Assembly (NCBI RefSeq): GCF_018350175.1 | Contig: NC_058368.1 | Span: forward strand, 194,806,001-194,870,000 | DNA from: Felis catus | Taxonomy: Eukaryota | Length of the DNA: 64,000 nucleotides | Direction: 5' to 3' | Shown: in pieces, positions 39,229-51,320 of the stretch | How positions within the stretch are numbered: the stretch's first letter is position 1 | Layout of the letters: each line of letters opens with the position of its first letter | Program-made: the position numbers and the translations under genes | Notes under the pieces: model-generated | Seen by the model: only the letters and a program-made list of their open reading frames with translations | Told to the model about the DNA's origin: nothing | Databases searched by the model: none

Positions 39229-39586
39229 GTGGCAATTAAAATAGACCTTCAGAGATAGAAAATAAAGAAATTTAAAAAGAGAAAATAAAATTATCTGGTG
39301 TTGTGGCAATTGTTTATTTATTATAATTATTTATTTTGTACTTCATTCTTGAAGTACCCTATTTTTATTTATTCACAATATAAAATCTAAGTATGAGCAA
39401 CTCCCTTAGCCCCAGCTTCTAATCATCTGTCACGTCTAAGCCAATTCAATGTAGAAATATTGATCCAACACTACTCAAATAAGACAAATAGTTTGTAAAA
39501 TTCACTCAAATTCCATCAAACAACCAGAAGACTAACTAGAACTCCTCACACTAAATGTAAGCAAAATTTAAAAAATAAAATAGAGC

Positions 39587-40677
39587 CGGACTTAAAGTTG
39601 TATTACAAAGCTGTAATCACCAAGACAGTATGGTACTGGCACAAGAACAGACACTCAGATCAATGGAACAGAATAGAGAACCCAGAAATGGACCCACAAA
39701 TGTATGGCCAACTAATCTTTGACAAAGCAGGAAAGAATATCCAATGGAATAAAGACAGTCTCTTCAGCAAGTGGTGCTGGGAAAACTGGACAGCGACATG
39801 CAGAAGAATGAACCTGGACCACTTTCTTACACCATTCACAAAAATAAACTCAAAATGGATGAAAGACCTAAACGTAAGACAGGAAGCCATCAAAATCCTC
39901 AAGGAGAAAGCAGACAAAATTTCTTTGACCTTGGCTGCAGCAACTTCTTACTCAACACATCTCCAGAGGCAATGGAAACAAAAACAAAAATGAACTACTG
40001 GGACCTCATCAAAATAAAAAGCTTCTGCTCAGTGAAGGAAACAATCAGCAAAACTAAAAGTCAACCGACATAATGGGACAAGATATTTGCAAATGACATA
40101 TCACATAAAGGGTTAATATCCAAAATCTATAAAGAACTTATCAAACTCAACACACAAAAAAACAAATAATCCAGTGAAGAAATGGGCAAAAGGCATGAAT
40201 AGACACTTCTCCAAAGAAGACATCCAGATGGCCAACCGACACATGAAAAAATGCTCAACATCACTCATCATCATGGAAGTACAAAACCACAATTTCCATT
40301 GTGGAACTCAAAACCACAATGAGACACCACCTCACACCTGTCAGAATGGCTAACAATAACAACTCAGGCAACAACAGATGTTGGCAGGGATGCAGAGAAA
40401 GAGGATCTCTTTTGCTCTGCTGGTGGGAAAGCAAACTGGTGCAGCCACTCTGGAAAACAGTATGGAGGCTTTTCAAAAAAGTAAAAATAGAGCTACACTA
40501 TGACCCAGCAATTGCACTACTAGGTATTTATCAAGGGATACAGGTATGCTGTTTCAAAGGGGCACATGCACCCCGATGTTTATAGCAGCATTATCAACAA
40601 TAGCCAAAGTATAGAAAGAGCCCAAACGTCCATTGATGGATGAATGGATAAAGAAGATATGGTATGTATATATATAC

Positions 40678-40725
<48 letters not shown>

Positions 40726-41105
40726 GAAGTATTATTTGGCAATCAAAAAGAATGAAGTCTTGCCCTTTGCAACTACGTGGATGGAACTAGAGGGTATTAT
40801 GCTAAGCAAAATTAGAGAAAGACAAATATCATATGATTTCACTCATATGAGGACTTTAAGATACAAAACAGATGAACATAAAGGAAGGGAAGCAAAAATA
40901 ATAAAAAAAACAGGCAGGGGGACAAAATATAAGACATTCTTAAATATGGAGAATAAACAGAGGGTTACTGGAGGAGTTGTGGGAGGGGGCATGGGCTAAA
41001 TGGGTAAGGGGAAGTATGGAATCTACTCCTGAAATCATTGTTGCACTATATGCTAACTAACTTGGATGTAAATTTAAAAAATAAATTTAAATAAATAAAT
41101 AAATA
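39587..41105 (+). mobile_element. Felid L1, 5'-truncated (~1.5 kb), with internal (CA)n
   Basis: ORF2 peptide [32 protein letters not shown], frameshifted; TSD 'aataaaatagagc' 39574-39586 and 41106-41118. Confidence 0.97.
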
Positions 41106-41476
41106 AATAAAATAGAGCATGGCAAGTGTGCAAACATGCCCCAGTAAAATATTAAAAGAGTAGAAGGTGGTATGCGAAAAGAGTTGAAGAACCCCATCTG
41201 GAAGAAAAGCTGCTCTATGAAACAAAGGAAAATTCCCTACAAATGGTCCCCTTATTTAAAATTTTAATAAGAAAAAACAAGAACTCAGATGCCAAACAAT
41301 GAGAGTAAATGGCTAATTGTATAGCTATGGAAACAAGTTAAGAGCCAGGATTCCATTATTATAAAACTCAGTAAGTTACATATAAAAGAAATCAGATAGG
41401 GATAACTATAAAATGAATTACTGACATGAAACACAGGCTTAATATAAATGTAGTGAAAAAATAAAGAACAAAATCA

Positions 41477-41688
41477 GGGGCACCTGGGTAGCTCAGCCAG
41501 TTAAGCATCCAACTTTGGTTCAGGTCATGATCTCAAAGTTCATGAGTTCGAGCCCCAAATCAGGCTCTCTGCTGTCAGCGCAGAGCCTGCTTTGAATTCT
41601 CTGTCTCCCTTTATCTTCTGCGCCTCCCCCACTCTCTCTCTCTCTCTCTTTCTCAAAAACATTAAAAAAAAAAAAAAAAAAAAAAAAA
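41477..41688 (+). mobile_element. Can-SINE
   Basis: Head 'ggggcacctgggtagctcag', long poly-A. Confidence 0.94.
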
Positions 41689-41693
41689 GAACA

Positions 41694-41904
41694 GGGCACC
41701 TGAGTAACTCAGTTGGTTAAGCATCCAACTTCGGCTCAGGTCATGATCTTGTGGTTTGTAGGTTCAAGCCCTGTATTGGGGTCTGTGCTGACATCTCAGA
41801 GCCTACAGCCTGCTTTGAATTCTGTCTCCCTCTCTCTCTCTTCCCCTCCCCCGCTGATGCTCTGTCTCTATCCCTCAAAAATAAACATTAAAAAAAATTT
41901 TTTT
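41694..41904 (+). mobile_element. Can-SINE, tandem to the previous one
   Basis: Head 'gggcacctgagtaactcagttgg'. Confidence 0.94.
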
Positions 41905-42624
41905 AAAGAACAAAATCAAAACAATTACAAGATAACCAGTATTGAAGACAAAGATGATCTAACTTAAAGATAACTGGTACCCCTACAAAATATTCAACTA
42001 TAAAAACACAGTAAAAACAGAAATTATCTCTAAAAATGAAGCAAGAACTATAACTGTATGATAAAAAAAAAACACCACAGTAAAATAAAAATTGATGCAC
42101 AAGTATCAAAATCCAGGTGCTAATGTATATGTGTGTATGCATATATATAAATTATATAATATATAGCATATAACATTATGTAATACATATATTCTCTATA
42201 TTTTTTCTTCTATAAGGCAAAAGGTCAAGCTGGTTTAATAGTGCTCCTCAGTAACATCCATGTACAAAGTTCTAGGGGAAACAAAATATGACCAAAGAAT
42301 GCTATATCCTACTCCACTATTCCAACATATAATCATTAACATTAGATGAGCATAATTCCAGATATTTCAACTATATATGACTTTGTGTGTGTGCATAAAA
42401 TGTCTGTAACAAAAATGATTATAATATAGATCTACCTTTAAAATTAAATGTAATAAGTATATTTATACTGAATTTAACAGAAAAAATAAGCAATTAAAAC
42501 TATTAAACTATAAAAACAGGTTTTTTACTCCAGGAAATGAAAGGAAAAGTATGAAAGATCATTAAGAAGCTAGTCTTTTTTTTCCTGCCACGTTTAATTT
42601 TGGATAGTATCATCTGGGTTTCTA

Positions 42625-43225
42625 AAGAACTACTATATGACCCAGCAATTACACTACTAGGTACTTATCCAAACGATACAAAAATGCTGATTTGAAGGGG
42701 CACATGCACCCCCATGTTTATAGCAGCACTATCGACAATAGCCAAAGTATGGAAAGAGCCCAAATGTCCATCGATGGATGAATGGATAAAGAAGATGTGG
42801 TATACTGGAATATAATGGAATATTACTCAGCAATCAAAAAGAAAGAAATCTTGCCATTTGCAACGGTGTGGATGGAACTAGAGCGTATTAAGTGAAATAA
42901 GTCAGAGAAAGACAAGTATCATGATTTCACTCATATATGGAATTTGAGAAACACAACAGATAAACATAAGGAAAAATAATATAAAAACAGAGAGAGAGAC
43001 AAACCATAAGAGACTCTTAAATACAAAGAACAAACAAAGGGTTGCTGGAGGGGTGTTGGGTGGGGAGATGGTCTAAATGTGTGACGGGCATTAAAGAGGA
43101 CACTTGTGATGAGCACTGGGTGTTATATGTAAGTGATGAATCAGTGGGTTCTACTCCTGAAACCAATAGTACACTGGATGCTAACTAACTTAGATTTAAA
43201 TAAGAATTTTAATTTTTTTAAAAAA
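42625..43225 (+). mobile_element. Carnivore L1 3' end
   Basis: 'gaactactatatgacccagcaattacactactagg...gctaactaacttagatttaaataa'. Confidence 0.93.
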
Positions 43226-45039
43226 AATTAGAATTCATACGCTTCTATTTTATTCTCTCCTCCACATTCAAGTTTTTGTTGGTTTTATCACTTCATATTG
43301 TCAAGTACAATACTCTTATTCTAATTTGTAATCACAATATTTGGTTCCTTTGTGTTCTTTCTACATTTATGTTCACCACCTGTCCTTTTACCATCTATAT
43401 AAACAATTTCATCATTTTGATTCATCATTTCATGGGCTACATTTTTTTTTCCAACAAACACCCACAAATCTTGTTTCCTTTCATTCTTACATACTTGAGA
43501 TAATGAGATTGTTTGACTATATACCCAAAGAACAACCTGATTGGCTATTGATTTGCCTTAAACGAGTTGCCCTGCTATGACCTAAAAATCTGTCTTGTTC
43601 TCCTCTCCCTAAAATTTTTGTCCACAGGTTACCTTTTCACATATTAATTTCAGAATTTATCAAATGAGAATTTAATTCTCTGGATTTTGTCTTTAAGGCT
43701 TAAGAAGTATATTTGTATTGGAGACAGAGAAGGAGGGTATTTTAAGTTCTGGGAATATAGTAGTAACTGAGACAGACAAGGTCCCTTTTGTAGGAAAGTA
43801 TGCACAGCAAATAAGAAAATGAAAAGGGCAAAAAAAAACCAAAACAGAGTATAGACTGGCAAGTTCTGTGATTGCAATGATGCATGGCTTTGTCTGAAGC
43901 AGGAATTAGGAGATCTGGCTTCTAGCATTAACTTACTGTTTGTCCACAAGAAACACTTGCTTTCTCTCGGCCTTGATTTATCACTAAATTGAACATATTA
44001 AACTAGGTTATATCAGAGATCATTTCACTATCCCCCAAATTTTCTCCCATAACTTATTCATGTGACTCTCTCTTTTCTGCCTATATATCCACCTCTTTCT
44101 ACAGCAAGATTCGCCAAACCACTTAAGTTCATTGACAGCTTTCCATTCAGGGCACTATGTGATGTCAGTTCCATTCATTGTGCACTCGTCATGTACCATT
44201 TCTTCTCAACCAGACACAAGTTCCCAAAAGAAGAGGAAGAGATCAGGCCTTATGTTTTATATCCTGCATAATGCTGAGCATATTGTTGAGCACTTCCAAT
44301 CAAATACAAATTAAAGTCATAGACACACTGCCTGAGGAGAGGTATAGACCAGCAAAGAACACTGGTGTGTCAGTCCTCGGTGAGAAAACGTAGCTTCTAT
44401 TCCTGTTTTTATATCAGCTGTTATACCACTCTGTGACTCAGTTTCCTTCTACAAGGTGGGTTGCCATTACTGCTAGTGAATATTTAGATTGCAAATATTA
44501 GAAACATGAAAGTCATCAAATATTAAATATATTTTATAAGTTTTAGAGGTCCATAACTGATCCCTGGTCTTAACTCTTTGTGAACCTCGGAGTCCAGCTT
44601 CTTTCCCGGCAGAATGAGGACATAAGACTATAGATAGTCTCTAAAGTGCATGGTTCAAACTCAAATGCCTAGGTAGTACATATGGATGAAGTAGCCAAGT
44701 TTTATTGCAAATACATCATAAGTCATATTTTTTCCAATGTAAATTAAGTCTTTTCTCCGTGTTTCCACAAATAGTGTACATTCTCCCATTTTTCTTGAAA
44801 ATTGAGGCCCTCCCAAGTCCATTATGCATTTCCCATCTTGGTAAAGAAATGCATGTGAGAAATATGCTGTTTTCTTTTTAACTTTAATACCCAAAAAAGC
44901 ACATGCAAAATAATAAATGTCACTGCCACTTGGCCTCCATGTTGACAGGACCAAACTGAAGATGGAGGTGAATGGAGTCCCTACACAACACACCCAGAAG
45001 TTGAAACTGCTCTTTACTTCCAGTGACATGTTTCCTATT

Positions 45040-45380
45040 CTGATTTGTTTTTACAAGAGGCTAGAAATTGGTATTTTTGTATAGAATCTCCCAATTTTAA
45101 TATTAGAAATCTGTATTTTTGTATCAAATGTACCAATCTTAAAACGTTATCAACTGCTTCAAATATTTTTAAATACTTTATAAAGATGCCTGGGTGGTTC
45201 AGTCAGTTAAGCATCCAACTTTGGCTCTGGTCATGATCTCCATGGCTTGTGAGTTCAAGCCTCACATCGTGAACTAAAAGACAACAAAATAAAATTAAAA
45301 TTTCTGCATGAAAATAAATAACTACACAAACAAAATACCAGAAATGCCCATGAGTGTGTGGTCAACAGACTGCAAGATTA
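45040..45380. mobile_element. MER102-like hAT-Charlie remnant
   Basis: 'atttttgtatagaatctcccaattttaa' resembles the recalled consensus; interrupted by a SINE fragment. Confidence 0.4.
45185..45270 (+). mobile_element. Can-SINE 5' (tRNA-derived) half only
   Basis: 'gcctgggtggttcagtcagttaagcatcc...gagttcaagcctcacatcg', no CT tract. Confidence 0.85.
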
Positions 45381-46915
45381 TCATTTCTTTTCTAAAATGT
45401 CTCCAACTCTGACATGCAGCAAATTTCTTTACTCAAGGTTGAGGTAGAGGATGAGTACTATCCAGAGTTATTCTGAGATTTTCATTCTTGCCCAGCACTG
45501 TACTGTGCAAATGAGCCTGCGCCCTCACTGAAGAAATGTGCTGTGTGCAAAGCATCATGCTGGATGCAGTGGAGGGACTCAAAGATGACTCATGTGGTTT
45601 GTACCCCTCTCAGAAGATTGTGCCTTTGAGCTTTATTATGCAAGGAGGATACACTCAAATTTCTGATTTTTAATGATAACATATACCCTAGTGGTTTATT
45701 GCAAACAAATCACTTTTACATCCCTTGTCTCACAGGATGCTCATATCAACTGAGAATTACAGAAGCTGAAATTAGTATTCCCATCACACAGATACGCAAA
45801 TAGTTCAGCAAATGAGAAGGCACGCATCTAAGGTCACAGAGCTAGTAAGTAGGAGAGATGAAACTCAAAATCATGTCTTCTGACTCATAATTCTTTGATT
45901 TGTTCTTTTTCTAATACACTGTATTGGGTCAACCTAACCCACTCAACTGAGATAGGCAGCTGGAGTCAGGGCCACAGTTCTGGAGAGAAAAAAGTGAGTA
46001 TGTCAGATGGGACTTCAGTTCATAATCTTATTCCCTTATATCGCATACCCAAACCACCAAGTATACAGGCCTTTCATATCACAGTTCTAAATCTAAGATC
46101 TATGGCATCTTTTCAACATCCTTGTGCTATCAGTAAGTCTTTAATCCAGAATTATCACAATCTATTTTTTTTTTTTAAAGAAATCACCTTTCTTATGAGT
46201 CTGGATGCAGTCCCAAGGTCCTGGACCATGATAATCACTCAAGACATGATTATTACTGACCAAAAAGTGTTACCAATTTCTGCATTCATCCAAGATGGAG
46301 TAACAGAGTCTGGGTTTACTCTTCCACCTGAACTAAAACACTAGACAAAATACATAAAAAGAATGGTTTTCAAGACCTTAAACATTAGACAATGAAGAAC
46401 AATGATCCTCAAGAAATGGGAAATAAACAACATTGGCCCTATTATTACCCCTGCTTATTGCTTTAAAGAATTTCTAGACCATGTCACAGGCAACGCAGGC
46501 AGAGCCCAGGATGCTGAGGAAACTTAGTGGAGAAATTGGCAGACCAGAGTTCACAGGTGAGAGAATTGGAAAGGAAAAAGCTAGAAAGAGGAAAATTCAG
46601 AGATTGACAGATGGTCTTCCTCAATTATTCAATAGAGTACTGATTAGCACATTTGTGTGACAAAACCATGGAAGGCCAGAGAACCACCTGAAAGCTTTCA
46701 CCAAGAGTGGGAATAGGGCCATTCTCACCAGCCAGACTAGAAAAGCTCCTAATCTATGGGGCACTGTAGAGATAATTCAGAAGAGTTATGCCTGAGTAGT
46801 GGGAAACAATAAGCCCTAGATTAAAAGTTGCTCTGGTCTCACCTGACAAATCTTAATGGCAAGACCTGAAAGTACCAAACTGTTTCCAAGTAACTTTATT
46901 GCCTCCCAAAATAAA

Positions 46916-47390
46916 GTCACTTTGTGGCTGAGGTTGAAAACATGTTCATGGAAGAAAAATCCATTGGTTTGAGAATCTTTGAGACCATGAGATTCTCGAT
47001 CTGTGCAGGGTATTAATGTCTAAGAGCTGCCTATTCCAGGATTTCTCTAAAGGATGGCAAGAGTCCTGAACCAGTTATCATTTCTGTCTTGCCGGTCTGA
47101 CAGGGTTGGGAAGGTCTGAGCCTTGGGAAGTGGGACCCACTTTCCTTTCTTATCCCATGTTTTCCTGCCAGAACACCATGTGTTGTTAATTGCCTTAGGT
47201 TGGAAAATGGTTTGCATTTACAATTGTAAATTTATTCATCGTTTTAATTTATGTACGTTTTTTGTACACAATTCTCAATTCTTAGACGTCAAAAAATTTT
47301 GGTTTTCTACTGTCATGTGAGAACATTAGGCCCCAACAGCATGTCCTTGTGCAAGAAAAATAACGTGCTGCAATGCTAAAAAAAAAAAAA
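46916..47390 (+). pseudogene. ACTG1: 5'-truncated processed pseudogene of gamma-actin (distal 3'UTR only) with poly-A
   Basis: Collinear with the recalled ACTG1 3'UTR: 'gatctgtgcagggtattaa', 'cagggttgg', 'tttcctttctta', 'gccagaacacc', 'ggtttgcatttac', 'aaattttggttttctactgt.atgtgagaacattaggcccca'; poly-A 47378-47390. Confidence 0.87.
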
Positions 47391-47928
47391 TTGGAATACA
47401 AAAATATTCTGTGCTTAAAGTATAACTCACAGTGTCTATCATCCAATTAAAAATTACCAGATATAGAAATAAGCAGGAAACCATGACCCATAATGAGGAG
47501 AAAAATCAACCAATTGAAACCAACCCAATATTGACACAGAGGTCAGAATTAGCAGACCAGAACGTTGACACATTATAACTATAGTCTACACGTGCACAAA
47601 GCTAGAGCAAAACTTGAAGATGTTAATTAGTCATGTGGAAAAAAAAATTTTTAAGACTAAAAATTACACTTCTAGGAATGAAAACTACAATTATCTGAGA
47701 TGAATGGCAGATTAGGCATTGCAGAAGAAAATATTAGTAAACTTGTATATTGATGGCAACAATTCAAAACGAAGCATAGAGAAAGGATTCAAAAACAAAA
47801 CAAAACTTGAGGTGGCCTAACATCCATGTGCTGAGGGTTCTGGAAAGGGGTATGGGTTGGAGGAGACAGAAAATAATTTTGAAAAGTGGCCAAAGTATAT
47901 TGATATTTTATTAAAACTCTAAACCCAT

Positions 47929-48369
47929 TACATTAGTTTGCAAAGGCTGCCATAACAAAGTACCAAAACCTAGGTGGCTTAAACAAGAGAAATTTATTAT
48001 CTCACAGATCTGAAGGCTAGATGTCTGAAATCAAATTGTTGGCAGGATTCATTCTTTCTGAGGGTTGTGAGGAAGAATCTGTTCCATGCCACTCTCCTAG
48101 TTTCTAGTATTTGTTGGCAATCTTTGCCATTCCTTGGCTTACAAAAACATCACCTCAGTTTCTGCCTTCATCGTCACATGACATCTTCCCTGTGTGTGTG
48201 TATCTAAATTTCCCCCAATTATAGGACATTAGTCATGTTATTAGGCCCGCCCTAATAATTTCCAAATAAGGTCATATTCTGAGGTACTGAGAGTTGGGAC
48301 TTAACAAAATTAATTTAACAAATTTAATTAACCCATTAATTTTGGAGGTATACAATTCAACTCATAACA
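47929..48369 (-). mobile_element. MaLR solo LTR (MLT1B/C-like) nested in L1MC
   Basis: 'ggctgccataacaaagtacc...ggtggcttaaacaagagaaatttatt.tctcacag...acaattcaactcataaca'. Confidence 0.88.
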
Positions 48370-48484
48370 TTCATAGCCCCCAGGAAGTTTAACAAACCCC
48401 AAGTATAAAAAGAAATTAAGAAAACTACACTAAGGCATATCAGAGTCAAATTGCTCAAAACAATGATAAAAAGAAAAGTCTTAA

Positions 48485-48700
48485 GGGCGCCTGGGTGGCT
48501 CAGTTGGTAAGCATCCAACTTCAGCTCAGGTCATGATCTCATGGGTTCATGAATTCAAGCCCTGCATGGGGCTCTGTGCTGACAGCTCAGAGCCTGGAAT
48601 CTGCTTCAGATTCTGTTTTTCCCTCCCTCTCTGCCCCTCCCCGCTTTCACTTTGTCTTTCTCTCTCAAAAATAAACAAACATTAAAAAAAAATTTTTTTA
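48485..48700 (+). mobile_element. Can-SINE
   Basis: Head 'gggcgcctgggtggctcagttgg', CT tract, tail. Confidence 0.95.
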
Positions 48701-48708
48701 ATCTTAAA

Positions 48709-49045
48709 TATCATATGATTTCACTCAAATGTGGAATTTAAGATACAAAACAGATGAACATAAGGGAAGGGAAGCAAAAATGATATAAAAACAAGGAGGG
48801 GGACAAAACATAAGAGACTCTTAAATACAGAGGACAAACTGAGGGTTGCTGGAGGGGCTGTGGATGGGGGGATGGGCTAAATGGGTAAGGGGCATTAAGG
48901 AAGACACTTGTTGGGATGAGCACTGCATGTTATATGCAGGGGATGAGTCACTGGATTCTACTCCTGAAATCATTATTGCACTATATGCTAATCACTTGGA
49001 TGTAAATTAAACAATAAAAATAAAGTTAAAAAATTAAATTAATAA
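48709..49045 (+). mobile_element. Carnivore L1 3'UTR directly after the SINE
   Basis: 'tatcatatgatttcactcaaatgtggaatttaagatacaaaacagatgaacataaggg' through A-rich tail. Confidence 0.92.
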
Positions 49046-49468
49046 AAAAGTCTTAAAACCAGCCAAAGGAAAAAAGAAACATGACACACAGAGAAACAGA
49101 ATAAGGATGACAGCAGATTTCTCATCCGAAGCAATGCAAGCAAGGCAACAGTGGATCAACAAGTTTAAAGTGATGGGGGGAAATGGCCAATCTGAAATTC
49201 TAATCCCAGCAAAAATATTGTTTAAAAAACGGAGATAAAATAAAGACTTTTCCAGACATATAAAACCTGAAAGAATTTATCATCAACAGACCTGCTCTAC
49301 AAGACATAATAAAAGAAATCCTTCACACGAGGACAGTAATAGCAAACAGAAGAATGGATTAATACTAAAAAATAAAGAGCATTGGAAATAGTGATTGTGT
49401 GGATAAATATAGGTGATATTTTCTTATGGTTTAAATATCTTTAAAAGATAATTGACTTTTTAACTTTT

Positions 49469-49665
49469 TTTAAAATGTGTATTAATTTTTGAGAGAGAGA
49501 GAGGAGAGAACGAGCAGGAGGGGCAGAGAGAGGGAGACAGAATCCAAAGCAGTCTCCAGGCTCCAAGCTGTCAGCACAGAGCCCAATGTGGGGCTCAAAC
49601 TCATGAACCACGGTATCATGAAGCTGAAGTCAGATGCTTAACCGACTGAGCCACACAGGTGCCCC
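49469..49665 (-). mobile_element. Can-SINE
   Basis: TSD 'ttaactttt' 49460-49468 and 49666-49674. Confidence 0.92.
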
Positions 49666-50195
49666 TTAACTTTTCAAACAAAAATAATTATGGAGCTTCT
49701 AACAAGAATAAATAAAATAGGACAACATGAGCACAAAGCCTCAGAGGGGGGAAACAGAAGTATACTATTGTAAGGTTCTTATATGTGAAATAACACAATC
49801 TCACTGGAAGATAGACTATGATAAGTTTAAGATGTATACTATAATACCTAAGCAACCTGTAAAATAACAAAGAAGTATGGCTTAAAAACCAATAAAGATA
49901 TCATAAAAAATAATTAACCCAAAAGAATACTTAAAAAAAAAAAAACAGGGAAAGGGGAACAAATAACATATAGGATAAATCAGATAACAGTCAGTAACAA
50001 AGTAGATTTAAACCTGATGATATCAATATTCATATTAATTATAAACAGTTTAAATTACCAATTAAAAGCCAGCAATTATCAGACTGGATAAAAAAAACAT
50101 GACCTACTAAATGCTGCCTACAAAAAAAAAACCTTTTTCAATATAAAGACATAGAGGGTTTGAAAGTAAAAGGATTAGGTTGGGGGGGGGGGGGA

Positions 50196-50416
50196 GGGTG
50201 CCTGGGTGGCTCAGTTGGTTGAGTGTCCAACTCTTGATTTTGGCTCAGGTCATGGTATTGGGGCCATAGGAATTGAGCCCCACACTGGGCTCCACACTGA
50301 GTGTGGAGCCTACCTAAGTTTCCCTCTCTCTCTCTCTCTCTCTCTCATTCTCTCTCTCCCTCCCTCCCTCCCTTTGCCCCTCTCTCTGCTTGCACTCTCA
50401 ATCTCTCTAAAATTAA
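50196..50416 (+). mobile_element. Older Can-SINE
   Basis: TSD 'aaagtaaaaggat' 50163-50175 and 50417-50429; a G run precedes the head. Confidence 0.9.
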
Positions 50417-51014
50417 AAAGTAAAAGGATGGATAAAGATATATCCCACCAACATGAATCAAAAGAAACCTGGAATGGTTCCTAATATCAGGCAAAATATA
50501 TTCTAGAGCAAAGAATATTTGCAGGGATAAAGAAGATCGCTTCAAAATGATAAACGGGTAGATTCATTAAGAGAACATAACAACCCTAAATGTTTATGCA
50601 CTTAGCAACAGAGCTTCAAGGTCATGAGGCAAAAATGGCTACAACTGCGGGGAGAAATAGATAAATACACAATTACAATCAGAGATTTCAGGATCCTTTG
50701 ACAGACGTGTACATATACCAAAACATATCGAATTGTACACTTTAAATATGTACAGCTTCGTCAACGCCAGTTATACCTCAATAAAGAGATTTTAAACAGA
50801 AGTGTTACCACATCAAATCCATTTACAACCAGACTCCAGGAAGGGCCCATTTTAAGCAGGATCAAATATACATACAGAGATCATTCTGGAAACAAGCTAC
50901 GAAAGCTTACAAAAGTCACGCATCAAGTCTGCACCTATACTGGGCTGAAAGACATCCAATCTATTCTCCCCGGCTGGCTTGGCCATTCGTTATTGCCAAG
51001 TCCCCTTTTTAACA

Positions 51015-51320
51015 TCAAGGCTTCCCAAAGCCAGCTCTGCATCACACTAAGTCTGCAGGGGTTTAGTAAGTGTTACGGGGGGGGAAAAAAAAAAGTTCTG
51101 TGATCATAAATGATGGAAAACTTGAAACAAAAACTGTATTCTTTACTACCGAACTTTCCCAACCTTTTCACATGCCACTGTGCATTTTAACTCTGTAAAG
51201 CCGTGTATACAGCATTTTCGAAAAGTATTTGATCATGGAGTCCTAGTTTTCAAAGATCTTTTCCCAGGAGAAGTACCGCATGTAGCAATTCAGGGACATT
51301 TTGTGAGAGCATTTCGGGCT
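51015..51320. mobile_element. MER103-like hAT-Charlie remnant
   Basis: 'gttctgtgatcataaat' and 'cagcattttcgaaaagtatttgatcatgga' form the inverted internal motifs typical of MER103C. Confidence 0.55.

Larger units (their letters stand above)
46276..50799 (+). mobile_element. Ancient L1MC-type element: 5'UTR, ORF1, start of ORF2, joined directly to the 3' end
   Basis: 5' end 'ccaagatggagtaacaga', ORF1-like 'gacagcagatttctcatccgaagcaatgcaagc', EN-like 'aatgctgcctacaa', 3' end 'aattgtacactttaaatatg...ttatacctcaataaag'; TSD 'aagtgttacca' 46265-46275 and 50800-50810. Confidence 0.8.

Noticed and set aside
39598..40585. Active L1 ORF2
   Set aside because: 5'-truncated and frameshifted; lacks ORF1, endonuclease and RT core
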